Below, one piece after another: positions 49,208 through 58,964 of a DNA stretch of 64,000 nt. The position numbers were made by a program, and so were the translations under genes. Every line of letters starts with the position of its first letter. The first letter of the stretch is position 1. Origin of the DNA: Patescibacteria group bacterium (GTDB taxonomy: Bacteria; Patescibacteriota; Patescibacteriia; JACQRZ01); contig JBBTRI010000010.1 of the NCBI GenBank assembly GCA_038065255.1, forward strand, positions 59,762 through 123,761, in the 5' to 3' direction. The notes under the pieces were generated by a model that worked only from the letters and a program-made list of their open reading frames with translations, ran no database searches and was not told where the DNA came from.

Positions 49208-51678
49208 TTCAGTGGAGTTGTTGTTGCACTACTTGAACCTGTTGACGTGGTTGTATTCTGCTGTGCTGGCTGGGTAGTCGAAGTTGAGCTTCCGGTGCCC
49301 GTACTTGTACTTTGCTGCGCAGGTTGAGTAGCTGATGTACTCGTTGTTGTTGCCGGTTTAAGCGTAAAGCGTTGCAAATAAATCGGAAGGCTCGTTACTT
49401 TTCTGGATACACCATATTTAGTTGAGTACTCAAGCGCCCAAACCAATCGCAATTGGTCATCTTCACCGGTAAGCTTTGCTTCCAATAAAACATCTGCATA
49501 AATATTAGCAACAACACTCGCGCCTGGCGCAATAGTATACGAGTTTACTCCAAAACCTATCTGACTGCCTGGAGCAGTAAATGGTGTAACATGGGTGATT
49601 CCAACATGCTTTCCATCAATAAAGTACTTGATATTATTAAATGCCTTACCAAGTCCTTCAGTTCCGTCACTGTCACTTATGGTCGGCTCTTCGATACTGA
49701 CACTTTCACTAAATCCATTTACGATGACGAATGAACCAATGAGCTGCTGTATTTCACCGCGGACAAGTGTAGGGGATCCAACAGCAGCATTCGTCTTTAC
49801 ACTCAAAAAGGCTGCGGGCAATTGGACAGGTGGTTGTGCGTATCCTGCTTTTTGCTCATACCCTGCTTTTTGTTCTGCCTGAGTAATCACCGGCAACTGA
49901 GGTGGTTGAACAACTTCAACGACGACTGATTTGCGCATTGATCGTTCATCATTTTTGCAATCAAAATAATAGGTTGTTGTTTTATCCGGAGCAAAAACAT
50001 CTGAACCGCTCAACTCCTTTGTGCCAGTCCAGCCGCCGGATGCCGTACACATGTTAGCATTCCGTACATCCCAAAATGCCGTTACTGTTTTGCCTAATGC
50101 AATCACTGATTTCTGAGGATAGAAATCGAGCCAAATACTCCCTGTTTTCTTTGCCTTAGCAATGGCAACAGAGACAGATGCCTCTTTGCCGCTTTCATTA
50201 TTTTTGCAGGTAAGCTTATAATCCGTTTCTTCTTGCGGACGTACATACTCAGAACCATCGACGGAACGGTCGCCGCTCCATCCGCCGGACGCACTACACT
50301 GTGTTGCGTTCTTAGTCTTCCATGTCAGGAGAATTGATTCACCCGGTGATTTAAAAGAATAGCGTGAAGGATAGAGCGTCAAACTTACCGGAGCATTATC
50401 TGGTTCAAGTACTTCAACAACAAAGGACTTACGCTTTGAAGTCTCATCATTCTTGCAGTCAAGGTAGTAGGTTGTCGTTTTGTCAGGTGAAAATGTTTCC
50501 GAGCCTTCTAAATCACGAGTTCCCGTCCAACCACCGGATGCCGTGCAGCTTCTTGCATTATGCACATTCCACGTTACGGTTGTCGATTTGCCAGCTTTGA
50601 TATTTGCCCGTGCCGGTTGCATGCTCATGGAAATATCTCCCTTCATTTTCTTTTTTGACAGATTTACCGATACCGAATTTTCAACTCCTGTTTCTGACGT
50701 GCATGTCAGTTTATAACTTGTATCCTCTGTTGGGCGCACATGTTCCGTGCCTTCAACGGGTCTATCTCCACTCCAGCCACCGGATGCAACACAGCTCTTG
50801 GCGCTCTTTGCTTTCCATGTCAGAACAATTGGATCGCCAGGTTTTGCAAAATAGTAGGTGGAGGGATACAGTGAAATACTCAACGGTAATGGTGGTGCTT
50901 CATACTGTTGATAATACGGTGCTTGCATGGTGCCATAGCCAGATTTCATTTCCGGAGGAGGCATATATGGCTGATATGGCACGGGATATGCTTGAATTGG
51001 AATAGGTAAGGGTTGCGATAAATCATACGGAAATGAATAACTGTACCCCGGTTTCATTTCGGTACTAGCTTGATCAACTATAACATTTGCGGAGAGATCT
51101 GCTGTAAATGTACGCTGATCATTCCAGCATCGAAGGAAATACGTGGTCGTAGTATCAGGCGCGATAACTTCACTACCGCTATTTCGCTTCATACCTTCCC
51201 ATGCATCTGGACCATACCCGCGGCACGCTACTGCATCTTTTGCGCGCCATTGTAGCGTAACAGTAGCACCATCAGTAATTTTTGCCTTGTTTGTTTTGAA
51301 TGTAACGCCGGGAACTTTCTTTTTCCCAGGTTTCTTTTTTATCACTTGGACTTTCTGGGTTTGTTCATCGGTACTGAAGCCCTCATCATCAAAGCATTCG
51401 AGGGAATATTCTGTTTTTTTCTTTTTTGGATATACCACCACTGACCCTGATGTCTTTTGCCTACCCGACCATGCACCCGATGCTACACAATAGGTGGCAT
51501 CAGATGCCTCCCATTCCAGTACAACACGCTCGCCTTTTACAATCGTCCGGGGAGTTGCGACAAATACCAAATCCAAATCTTCGTCTTCTTCCGCAAATGA
51601 TGGCGCAGGTGTGCCACTCAAAACTAAGGCAGTAATTGTTAAAAATATAACATGAAAACGCATTAAACGCCTATCCAT
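49204..51678 (-). CDS. Secreted surface protein with six Ig/PKD-like disulfide modules and an S/T-rich tail
   Basis: Signal peptide; repeated W...CxASGxWxG...YxLxC modules. Confidence 0.82.
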   Translation of the reverse strand: MDRRLMRFHVIFLTITALVLSGTPAPSFAEEDEDLDLVFVATPRTIVKGERVVLEWEASDATYCVASGAWSGRQKTSGSVVVYPKKKKTEYSLECFDDEGFSTDEQTQKVQVIKKKPGKKKVPGVTFKTNKAKITDGATVTLQWRAKDAVACRGYGPDAWEGMKRNSGSEVIAPDTTTTYFLRCWNDQRTFTADLSANVIVDQASTEMKPGYSYSFPYDLSQPLPIPIQAYPVPYQPYMPPPEMKSGYGTMQAPYYQQYEAPPLPLSISLYPSTYYFAKPGDPIVLTWKAKSAKSCVASGGWSGDRPVEGTEHVRPTEDTSYKLTCTSETGVENSVSVNLSKKKMKGDISMSMQPARANIKAGKSTTVTWNVHNARSCTASGGWTGTRDLEGSETFSPDKTTTYYLDCKNDETSKRKSFVVEVLEPDNAPVSLTLYPSRYSFKSPGESILLTWKTKNATQCSASGGWSGDRSVDGSEYVRPQEETDYKLTCKNNESGKEASVSVAIAKAKKTGSIWLDFYPQKSVIALGKTVTAFWDVRNANMCTASGGWTGTKELSGSDVFAPDKTTTYYFDCKNDERSMRKSVVVEVVQPPQLPVITQAEQKAGYEQKAGYAQPPVQLPAAFLSVKTNAAVGSPTLVRGEIQQLIGSFVIVNGFSESVSIEEPTISDSDGTEGLGKAFNNIKYFIDGKHVGITHVTPFTAPGSQIGFGVNSYTIAPGASVVANIYADVLLEAKLTGEDDQLRLVWALEYSTKYGVSRKVTSLPIYLQRFTLKPATTTSTSATQPAQQSTSTGTGSSTSTTQPAQQNTTTSTGSSSATTTPLN

Positions 51679-51736
51679 AGGATTAATGGATATGAATAAA
51701 TTATTGTCTATAGTATAGGTGTTAAAAAGAGCTCTG

Positions 51737-53665
51737 TCAAAGCCTATAAACAGTTATCGACGGACTTATCAATATTTTTGATCCTCCAAGTCCTTCTACT
51801 TCCCTTTCAATTCCCCTCTGTCGATACCAATATGAATGCACTACCAAATAGAGTGGGCGATCTTGAATGACCTTTTTAAGATTGTGAATGATTTCTTCGT
51901 TTACCTCGCCATACAGAAAATAGTTGCTATAGGGATACAGAGACTCAATGGGTGAAATTGCATAGGTATGCATTTTATCACTCAAAGCATTCTTAAATGT
52001 TTTCTCAAATCCCAGTACTCTCAATCCAACTGCTGCAAAGAGTTGATCGCTTGCCACTACATATTCTCCTCCTTTTTCGATATCCTCTATAAATCGAACT
52101 GCTTCAAAATCATCAGCAGATGCATTCCATCCAGCCCTTGGTTTAAATTCATTGACTTGGGGATACATAAGGTAGAGCGAGAGTGCCGCAGAGATTGATA
52201 GAATACTAATACTTAATACACGAACAATGCCATTATTCAAAATCTGCTTCAAAATCATCGGCAGGGGAAACGAAATAAGCAGTGGGAAAAAGATAGCGGG
52301 GATAATGCGATAGAGGCGCGCTGCAAACTCTCCCTGCTCATTTACTACAATTCCTGGCAGGGTAATATACATCGAGAGGCCAAATGCAGCTATCGCTAGT
52401 CCAATGGCAAGAGAACTGCTCGGAATGTGAAGGTGTGTTTTTTTTGAATATACAATACTGCATACTATACCGATTACGAAGAAAGTGGCTTTTATGAAAT
52501 ATTCATAGTAATTAATAATACTGCTACCAAGTGAGGCCATACCTACTGAGCGCGGAAATGCTAAGATCGATTTTATTTTTTCAAATGCCGAAGAAAGAGT
52601 TCTGGATTCAAAGAGAGTCATGCCATGCATGAAACGATAGATAGCAAATAGAGTTACAAGCGCAACTCCAATACATGCACCGACGCCAAAAAGTAATGCA
52701 ATTCTGTGCCTTTGGACGACTTTCCACGTATGGAGCGAGAGTGCGAGAGTAGAGATCACAAGCGGAACGCCAATAAGGGGGTGAATTGCCATCGCCGCCA
52801 ATGAAATGCACCAAAGAATAATTTTGCTAAACACATGCTGCTGCCAGATCGGGGCAAGAAATATCCACCAAAGCAATAAAATCACTGTGAGATTATGAGG
52901 AACGGTAAATGTAAGCTCTGTAAGTGGATAGAGTGTAAATAAAACTATTGCAATGTGTGCGCGCCGAACAGAACAACCATACCCGCGTACAAGACCAAAA
53001 AAAATAATAAACGGCAAGGTAGCTACTACAAGAATTGGTACAAGAAAACGGTCTATGATATCTATAGGAATTGCTGTAAGAAAACTCAATGCACTGACAA
53101 TGCCATATTGTCCGATATACAGGGGTTGTAGTGGAGTAATTACCCCATGAAGCTTAATATACTCTTCTGCAGTTTGATGAATGAGCGGATCATATCCAAA
53201 ACCATAGGGAAAGGCGATTAACGCAATGCCGTAGATGGTAAAAAAATGCACACTCATTGCTACCCACTGGATCCTGCTTACCACAGATGCTCTTAGAGCA
53301 GTTTGTACTAGACAAAAAAATGAAATAGCAACGCATACAAACATCCACCAGGGTACAAGCGACCATGGTGTTTGGAGTGGCGCATTGGTACGTGCATTCC
53401 ACAGTGCAAACAAAAAAATGCAATCAAAAAGTATGGCACTAGAAGGAAGTAGGTATGCCAATACATGTATCTTCTTGTCAGTAAGGGGCTGTTTTTCTGA
53501 TACAGGAAATGACCGTTGTGCTGCAAAGGCAATCAATATACTGCCAAGGAGTACTACAAAGGAAGATAGTAGAGTTATACCCACGGTAAGATAGGCGATC
53601 GAAGAAAGTATAACAAATACGCTGAAAGCAAAAATACCTATGAGCATTCTGCTATGTATGCCCAT
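51737..53665 (-). CDS. Large polytopic membrane protein, possible GT-C glycosyltransferase
   Basis: Many transmembrane helices, loop motif GFGYDPLIH, soluble C-terminal domain. Confidence 0.6.
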   Translation of the reverse strand: MGIHSRMLIGIFAFSVFVILSSIAYLTVGITLLSSFVVLLGSILIAFAAQRSFPVSEKQPLTDKKIHVLAYLLPSSAILFDCIFLFALWNARTNAPLQTPWSLVPWWMFVCVAISFFCLVQTALRASVVSRIQWVAMSVHFFTIYGIALIAFPYGFGYDPLIHQTAEEYIKLHGVITPLQPLYIGQYGIVSALSFLTAIPIDIIDRFLVPILVVATLPFIIFFGLVRGYGCSVRRAHIAIVLFTLYPLTELTFTVPHNLTVILLLWWIFLAPIWQQHVFSKIILWCISLAAMAIHPLIGVPLVISTLALSLHTWKVVQRHRIALLFGVGACIGVALVTLFAIYRFMHGMTLFESRTLSSAFEKIKSILAFPRSVGMASLGSSIINYYEYFIKATFFVIGIVCSIVYSKKTHLHIPSSSLAIGLAIAAFGLSMYITLPGIVVNEQGEFAARLYRIIPAIFFPLLISFPLPMILKQILNNGIVRVLSISILSISAALSLYLMYPQVNEFKPRAGWNASADDFEAVRFIEDIEKGGEYVVASDQLFAAVGLRVLGFEKTFKNALSDKMHTYAISPIESLYPYSNYFLYGEVNEEIIHNLKKVIQDRPLYLVVHSYWYRQRGIEREVEGLGGSKILISPSITVYRL

Positions 53666-53668
53666 GCA

Positions 53669-54466
53669 TCAATTCCTTTCCCGCACACACCATGTACCGA
53701 CCTGACGTCCCTTCATGCCCTCACAATCCTTTCGAGTACGATCGGAATTATAAAGCGGCGTAGAGCATGCATGCGCAAATATACCCTCGACATTATGACA
53801 GGAAAAAGGTTCTTGGCATGGCGTTGTACATTGTACATACCATGGTTCTTCTGGCGTCGTTTGTGGTGCCTGTGGAGAAAGCGATTCTTGCTTTTGTGCA
53901 GCTGGCGCTTGAACAGGTTCTTTTGTGCTCGATTGATCCTCGCTAAGAAGTTCTTTTATGAGCGTAATATTTTCTTTTAACTCCTTTGGTGCCATTGATT
54001 CCTTCTTGCATTTTGTATGAGATTTGTCAACGGAGCTCCCAAGCGGACAGACGCATTTCTTTCCATTCACTTTTGCTCCAAGTGGACAACGGTCATCTGT
54101 TGTATTTCCTATGTTCAGCACAAGCTCCGTGATATCACGTTTTGTGGAAATTGCTTCGCATATATTTTTATCACGATTTGGAACCTCTTTTTTGCATACC
54201 TTCTGACCTATAGAAGCGGCTTCTCGTACAGATTGAGAGGGGTGAGCGGCGCATTTTTCGGCGCATTTTTTCAGTTTAGTGTAATCTTTAATAAAGGGTT
54301 TATTATAACGGCAATTCAATACGCACTGTAATCGAATATGCCCCATAAGCGTCCCTTTATACGTACTAGCCGATCCGGACTTTGCTGCAATTACCGGCAT
54401 ACTTGCAGCGCACAGCAAACCAATAAGTGAGCCCACTAAGACAAAGAAAAATAAAAACCTTTTCAT
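53669..54466 (-). CDS. Secreted cysteine-rich hypothetical protein
   Basis: Signal peptide from ATG 54466, many Cys residues, P/Q-rich linker. Confidence 0.7.
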   Translation of the reverse strand: MKRFLFFFVLVGSLIGLLCAASMPVIAAKSGSASTYKGTLMGHIRLQCVLNCRYNKPFIKDYTKLKKCAEKCAAHPSQSVREAASIGQKVCKKEVPNRDKNICEAISTKRDITELVLNIGNTTDDRCPLGAKVNGKKCVCPLGSSVDKSHTKCKKESMAPKELKENITLIKELLSEDQSSTKEPVQAPAAQKQESLSPQAPQTTPEEPWYVQCTTPCQEPFSCHNVEGIFAHACSTPLYNSDRTRKDCEGMKGRQVGTWCVRERN

Positions 54467-54482
54467 ATTTCTATGTACTATC

Positions 54483-55022
54483 TTATTCTTCTGGTTTCCC
54501 ATCCTTTCTTTCGCTTCGGCGTTTTTCAGAAAGTTTCAATCCTATATAACCACTTCGATAGTGTTCGCGCTGAGCTTCGATTCTTAGGGCGAGTACATGA
54601 TAAAACATCGGCTTTTTCGTAATATCTGCCTTTGTCGCATCGTTCATCATTACAGCGACCTGTTCAAATCCATAGGTATTGATAAGCGACCGGTATTCCT
54701 GTTCCTGTCTTTTCTTTCGTGCAGGAGGCACTTGGTCGACGAGTGAATGGAGAAGCTTCATGACTGTGGCGTAGTGATCAATGTCTAGCCCGGCTTTTTT
54801 CAACATCGCCATTTCATATCCTCGGATTTCTTCGGGAGGTGTTTGAGTAATCATTTCTTGCCGCTCTGCCTCAAGCTTGTCCATAATCGCACGCCCTTTG
54901 AGCGAAATCCCTTTTCTCTCGTCAGTTCTAAATAGAGATTCATTTAACGCCGGATCGTCTTGATTTTGATTTGACTGATCTGATTGCCCCTTTCTACCCG
55001 GAAACCCTATTATTTTACCCAT
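54483..55022 (-). CDS. Hypothetical protein
   Basis: 179-aa ORF co-oriented with its neighbours. Confidence 0.65.
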   Translation of the reverse strand: MGKIIGFPGRKGQSDQSNQNQDDPALNESLFRTDERKGISLKGRAIMDKLEAERQEMITQTPPEEIRGYEMAMLKKAGLDIDHYATVMKLLHSLVDQVPPARKKRQEQEYRSLINTYGFEQVAVMMNDATKADITKKPMFYHVLALRIEAQREHYRSGYIGLKLSEKRRSERKDGKPEE

Positions 55023-55059
55023 ATATGCGTATTGATTAAATAATTAATGCAATGCACCT

Positions 55060-56436
55060 TTACAAAAATAGTGATGCAATCGTCGCAACACCTGCAAGCG
55101 CCATAAGGATCGTAACAAACCATCCACAAAACTTTGTTATAGGGCCACTCACCCATTTACCCATGATTTTTCTGTTTGAGCTCATAGAAACAATGAGAAC
55201 AAGAACAAGAGGGGCAACCAGTCCATTGGCGACAGCAGAATAAATCAGAGCCTTCATTGGGTTGATGCCTATGAAATTCAAAAGGAAGCCGATTGCCATG
55301 GAGATGATCAGGATTCCATAAAAAGCATGAGCGTTATGAAGTTTATTGTAAAGCCCATTCTTCCATCGAAATGTCTCGGCGACTGCATAGGACGCAGACC
55401 CCGCCAATACCGGCACAGCCAAAAGACCGGTGCTCACGATACCAAGTGTGAAAAGAAGATATGATGCATCACCTGCAAATGGGCGCAGAGCTTCAGCAGC
55501 TTGCGCTGCAGTAGCAATATCATGTATGCCATTGGCATAGAGTGTTCCTGCAGACGCGACGATAATAAAGAACATGATGAGATTTGAAAGAAACATTCCA
55601 GACCACACATCAATACGCATCTTTTTGATATCTTCCACGCTCGCGCCCCGACGCTCCCTTATCGTTGTTTTTCCTTCCAACACTTGCTCCTCAACCTCTT
55701 GTGAAGTCTGCCAGAAAAAAAGATAGGGAGATATTGTTGTGCCTAGGATTGCACAAATGAGAATAATTTGATCTTGTGAAAAAGCAATCGATGGAGTCAG
55801 GGTATGAAACGTGATGGCTTGCCAATCGAGACCTTTAATCATGATTGTCGAAATGATATATGCAACAAGCGTCAGTGCGAGATACTTCAAATATTTGGCA
55901 TAACGCGCATAAGTAGAGAAGATTTGAAGAAAGAGACTCACCAACGCGAAAATAATAATGAGTGCTGCAAAATTCGCTCCGGGAAAAAGAAGCTTCATAG
56001 ATTCTGCCATAGCACCAAGGTCCGCCCCGAGATTAAATGTATTTGCAGCAAAAAGGAGGATAGTGCATATATAGAGTACGGTGCGCGGATAGTGTGTGCG
56101 GATATTTGCCGCAAGACCCTTGCCTGTTACAATCCCAATACGTGCGCACATTTCCTGAACTACTGCCATAAAAGGGAAGGTGAATCCTGCAAGCCAGAGC
56201 AGCTGTGGACCATACTGTGCTCCAGTCTGGGAATAGGTCGCAATACCCGCAGGATCATCGTCGGATGCGCCAGTCGTCAATCCTGGCCCAAGAGTGCGCC
56301 AAAAGCCCCGTGCTTCTTGCATAGGCTTTTTACTTGCAATATCATGAACTACCAACTCGGATAACTCAACAGTTTTTTCGAGTATAATTGCCGGCGCTTC
56401 AATAGTTTTTTTTAAAATCGATTTAGTTTTCGGCAT
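55060..56436 (-). CDS. NRAMP-family divalent metal transporter
   Basis: GASDDDPAGIATYSQ, GTTISPY, EALRP. Confidence 0.9.
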   Translation of the reverse strand: MPKTKSILKKTIEAPAIILEKTVELSELVVHDIASKKPMQEARGFWRTLGPGLTTGASDDDPAGIATYSQTGAQYGPQLLWLAGFTFPFMAVVQEMCARIGIVTGKGLAANIRTHYPRTVLYICTILLFAANTFNLGADLGAMAESMKLLFPGANFAALIIIFALVSLFLQIFSTYARYAKYLKYLALTLVAYIISTIMIKGLDWQAITFHTLTPSIAFSQDQIILICAILGTTISPYLFFWQTSQEVEEQVLEGKTTIRERRGASVEDIKKMRIDVWSGMFLSNLIMFFIIVASAGTLYANGIHDIATAAQAAEALRPFAGDASYLLFTLGIVSTGLLAVPVLAGSASYAVAETFRWKNGLYNKLHNAHAFYGILIISMAIGFLLNFIGINPMKALIYSAVANGLVAPLVLVLIVSMSSNRKIMGKWVSGPITKFCGWFVTILMALAGVATIASLFL

Positions 56437-56486
56437 GGTTCAAATAAATAATTGCTCATGCTTAGTATATCATGAAAAGAATGTAT

Positions 56487-58124
56487 TTACTGTTGCAACT
56501 CCTTTTTCTCATTCAGTGCTTCAAGCGCTACTGTATGAAGTTTGGCTGAAACTTTTTGTTCGCCAAACCGCAAAAGCTCACGAATCTCTGCTGTATTTTC
56601 ACTCTTTGTCTTATCTCCAAGCGCTACAGCAATAATTTGTCCTGATTTTCCTTGGATACTCGTCATCAAGCAATACCCTGCTTCGTGAAGGTATCCTGTT
56701 TTGGATCCTGTCACTGCAAGGTTTGAAGTCACAAGCTGATTGGAATTTTTTAGTACATGTTTTTGCTTGGTATTGATTGTTGAAAATGCATAGCGTTTCA
56801 TAGTGCTTGCTTTTTGAATAATCGGATCACGAAGCGCTACAAGCGCCAGCAATGCATAGTCGTGTGCAGAGCTTACATTATTTGGCGAAAGGCCGGTAGG
56901 TTCATTGAAATGCACAGAAAGAAAACCGCGATCATGAGCAAAGCTGTTCATTTTTTGTATAAACTCGTCGCGGGGCAAGCCACTTACCCGCACCAGAGAT
57001 TCAACAGCATTATTTGCAGATCCGACAAGTGCTGAATACAGGAGATCTTCAACGGTCAACGTATCCCCTTCTTTGAGTTTGAGTGTTGCTGCTTCGTAGG
57101 GGTAGTCAACGAGTTTGTAGGTTACTATTTCATCATCTACATGATATGGTACAACGTCATTGAGGTTTGGATTTGAATCAAGAAATACACGAATGGCAAT
57201 GATCTTTGAAAGACTTGCTATCGGAAGCGGAGTTTCTGCATTTTTTTCATATAATACATTTCCAGTTCCCTCATCCAACACTACGGCAGCTTTTGATGTG
57301 ATGTGCGGATAGGTGACTGCGTCTTCATGTGAAATGCCAAGCGCTTTCCCATCCTGTAGTGCAATGAAAAGCGGTTCAATTCTCACCGGTATAATCCCAG
57401 CTCCGAGAGGAGCGATTTTTTGAAACGCGCTTTTTTCCAAATCCACAACGCGTTCGGGATGGAGCAATCTGTCAGGGCCATAATCATTAATAGTCACATC
57501 AACACGCTTGTCATTTAGGGTATTGTATACGCGTATTTTTGATCCTTTGGGAAAATCGGGCGAAGCCGCAAAGAGTCCTTTTTTGTGAGCATACCAACTC
57601 GCCTTACCTTCAGCGAGCACATCAGGATAGGCAAAGAGAGCGATACGGGCATAGGGCAAATGAATCAGCGATCTTGCAAGTGCGGTATTTGTTAATACTG
57701 TTGTGGGTAAAGCGCGCCATGTTGATTTCGTCTTATCGTAAAAAAAGACTTGCTTAAGACGCGATGTTTCTTCTGTAGCTTTCAATTCAATGATAAATGG
57801 CTTAGTTGCGTCGTAAGCACTCTTATTCAGAAATTCAAAATCATAAATCGGACTGATCCGCTGAAGACCCAGGGGCATTTCCATCTCCGGAATAACAGTA
57901 GCTCGAATAGTTGTTTCACTGGAAAGGATTCCAGGAATAAGAGAAAGTTTCAATCCTTCTTCAAAGGCAGTTACTGTATACCCTTTTGCAATCGTAGCCG
58001 CATCAAGACGGATAGAAAATTCTGCATAATCAGAGGATACTTCGGCATAGCCCAGAGAAACTCCAAAGAAAAGGAAAGCGCAAATACTCAAACTGGCAGA
58101 TAAATACTTCATAATGTAAATCAT
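56487..58124 (-). CDS. RlpA-like double-psi beta-barrel plus peptidase S11 (DD-peptidase) fusion
   Basis: GKASWY, INDYGP, RVVDL (RlpA-like); ASLSK, SAN, KTG (S11). Confidence 0.87.
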   Translation of the reverse strand: MIYIMKYLSASLSICAFLFFGVSLGYAEVSSDYAEFSIRLDAATIAKGYTVTAFEEGLKLSLIPGILSSETTIRATVIPEMEMPLGLQRISPIYDFEFLNKSAYDATKPFIIELKATEETSRLKQVFFYDKTKSTWRALPTTVLTNTALARSLIHLPYARIALFAYPDVLAEGKASWYAHKKGLFAASPDFPKGSKIRVYNTLNDKRVDVTINDYGPDRLLHPERVVDLEKSAFQKIAPLGAGIIPVRIEPLFIALQDGKALGISHEDAVTYPHITSKAAVVLDEGTGNVLYEKNAETPLPIASLSKIIAIRVFLDSNPNLNDVVPYHVDDEIVTYKLVDYPYEAATLKLKEGDTLTVEDLLYSALVGSANNAVESLVRVSGLPRDEFIQKMNSFAHDRGFLSVHFNEPTGLSPNNVSSAHDYALLALVALRDPIIQKASTMKRYAFSTINTKQKHVLKNSNQLVTSNLAVTGSKTGYLHEAGYCLMTSIQGKSGQIIAVALGDKTKSENTAEIRELLRFGEQKVSAKLHTVALEALNEKKELQQ

Positions 58125-58156
58125 TGCACTATGATATCATACGACGATCTTTGCGC

Positions 58157-58188
58157 AAAATAAAAAGTCACCAGACATATCTAGTGAC
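58157..58188 (-). terminator. Intrinsic terminator
   Basis: Minus strand GTCACTAGA-TATG-TCTGGTGAC followed by TTTTTATTTT. Confidence 0.7.
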
Positions 58189-58291
58189 GCGAGATTCTCT
58201 CTATTAGAGTAAGTCCCGCGGACGTTTAGCTTTTACAAACACTTCTTTTGTTTTTCCTGTTTCGAATTTTGGTATGTCTTCCATAATTGTG

Positions 58292-58744
58292 TTAAAACGT
58301 AAATTCTTTGCTTCCGTCCTCGCCATAGAGCTCATCATCCCAATATTTCATATAGCTTGGTTCAATTATCCAAATTGACGAACCGCGCTTATTAGTGTGG
58401 ATCCAATCAAGTGTGATCTTTTCTGCAAATTCAGGAAAGTTTGCGTTATGTAGACGTACACCGACGTCTATTTCTTCCTCATTCTGAGCAAGTCGACACT
58501 GTCCCAAACCCTGAATGGCTTTCCTGTTTTTGTGATTTGATCTGTCAAACCATACGATAGAGAAGGCGATATGGGAATTTTGCTGTATGTGACTACTGTG
58601 TCTCGTATTCTTTCCTGAGACAAAATATAGTTTAAAATTTGCATCAACACCGTAATACACGTTTGCGACCCATGGCTCACCATTTTCACAGGTAGCAATA
58701 ATCACCAATTTTTGTGATTGTAGGAATTCAAGTAGCTTTTTCAT
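58292..58744 (-). CDS. Pyridoxamine 5'-phosphate oxidase-like FMN-binding protein
   Basis: IATCENGEPW, LYFVSGKNTRHS, IQGLG. Confidence 0.85.
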   Translation of the reverse strand: MKKLLEFLQSQKLVIIATCENGEPWVANVYYGVDANFKLYFVSGKNTRHSSHIQQNSHIAFSIVWFDRSNHKNRKAIQGLGQCRLAQNEEEIDVGVRLHNANFPEFAEKITLDWIHTNKRGSSIWIIEPSYMKYWDDELYGEDGSKEFTF

Positions 58745-58847
58745 GTTGATCGTATTACTGATGACTTAATTTTACTTTATTTGCGAGGTAAAGCAAATAA
58801 CTGAAGAAACGTCTACTCTGTATGAAAATACAAAGGTATCCGAATAC

Positions 58848-58876
58848 CAAAAATCTCCTCAGAGAGGAGATTTTTG
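58848..58876. terminator. Terminator downstream of tRNA-Gln (symmetric)
   Basis: CAAAAATCTCCTC-AGA-GAGGAGATTTTTG, a perfect 13-bp stem. Confidence 0.8.
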
Positions 58877-58893
58877 CACAAAATACATTTTTC

Positions 58894-58964
58894 CTGCCGG
58901 GGAAGGAATCGAACCCTCATTCACAGGTTCAAAGCCTGCTGTCCTGCCATTAGACGACCCGGCA
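58894..58964 (-). tRNA. tRNA-Gln(UUG)
   Basis: Acceptor TGCCGGG/CCCGGCA, anticodon arm GCAGG-CTTTGAA-CCTGT, T-loop TTCGATT; no encoded CCA. Confidence 0.96.

Noticed and set aside
49900-50900. Internal repeats as a diversity-generating retroelement template/variable pair
   Set aside because: Both copies are in-frame protein modules, the differences are not adenine-specific, and no reverse transcriptase is present.
55804-56364. 186-aa plus-strand ORF and many other 60-140 aa overlapping ORFs
   Set aside because: They are antisense or alternate-frame shadows of well-supported genes and carry no recognisable motifs.
58186-58300. Integron attC site near the PNPOx-like gene
   Set aside because: I found no convincing RYYYAAC...GTTRRRY boundaries and no integron integrase.
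58777-58800. 8-bp inverted repeat TTATTTGC/GCAAATAA upstream of the PNPOx-like gene
   Set aside because: It is short and AT-rich, has no linked regulator, and could be chance.
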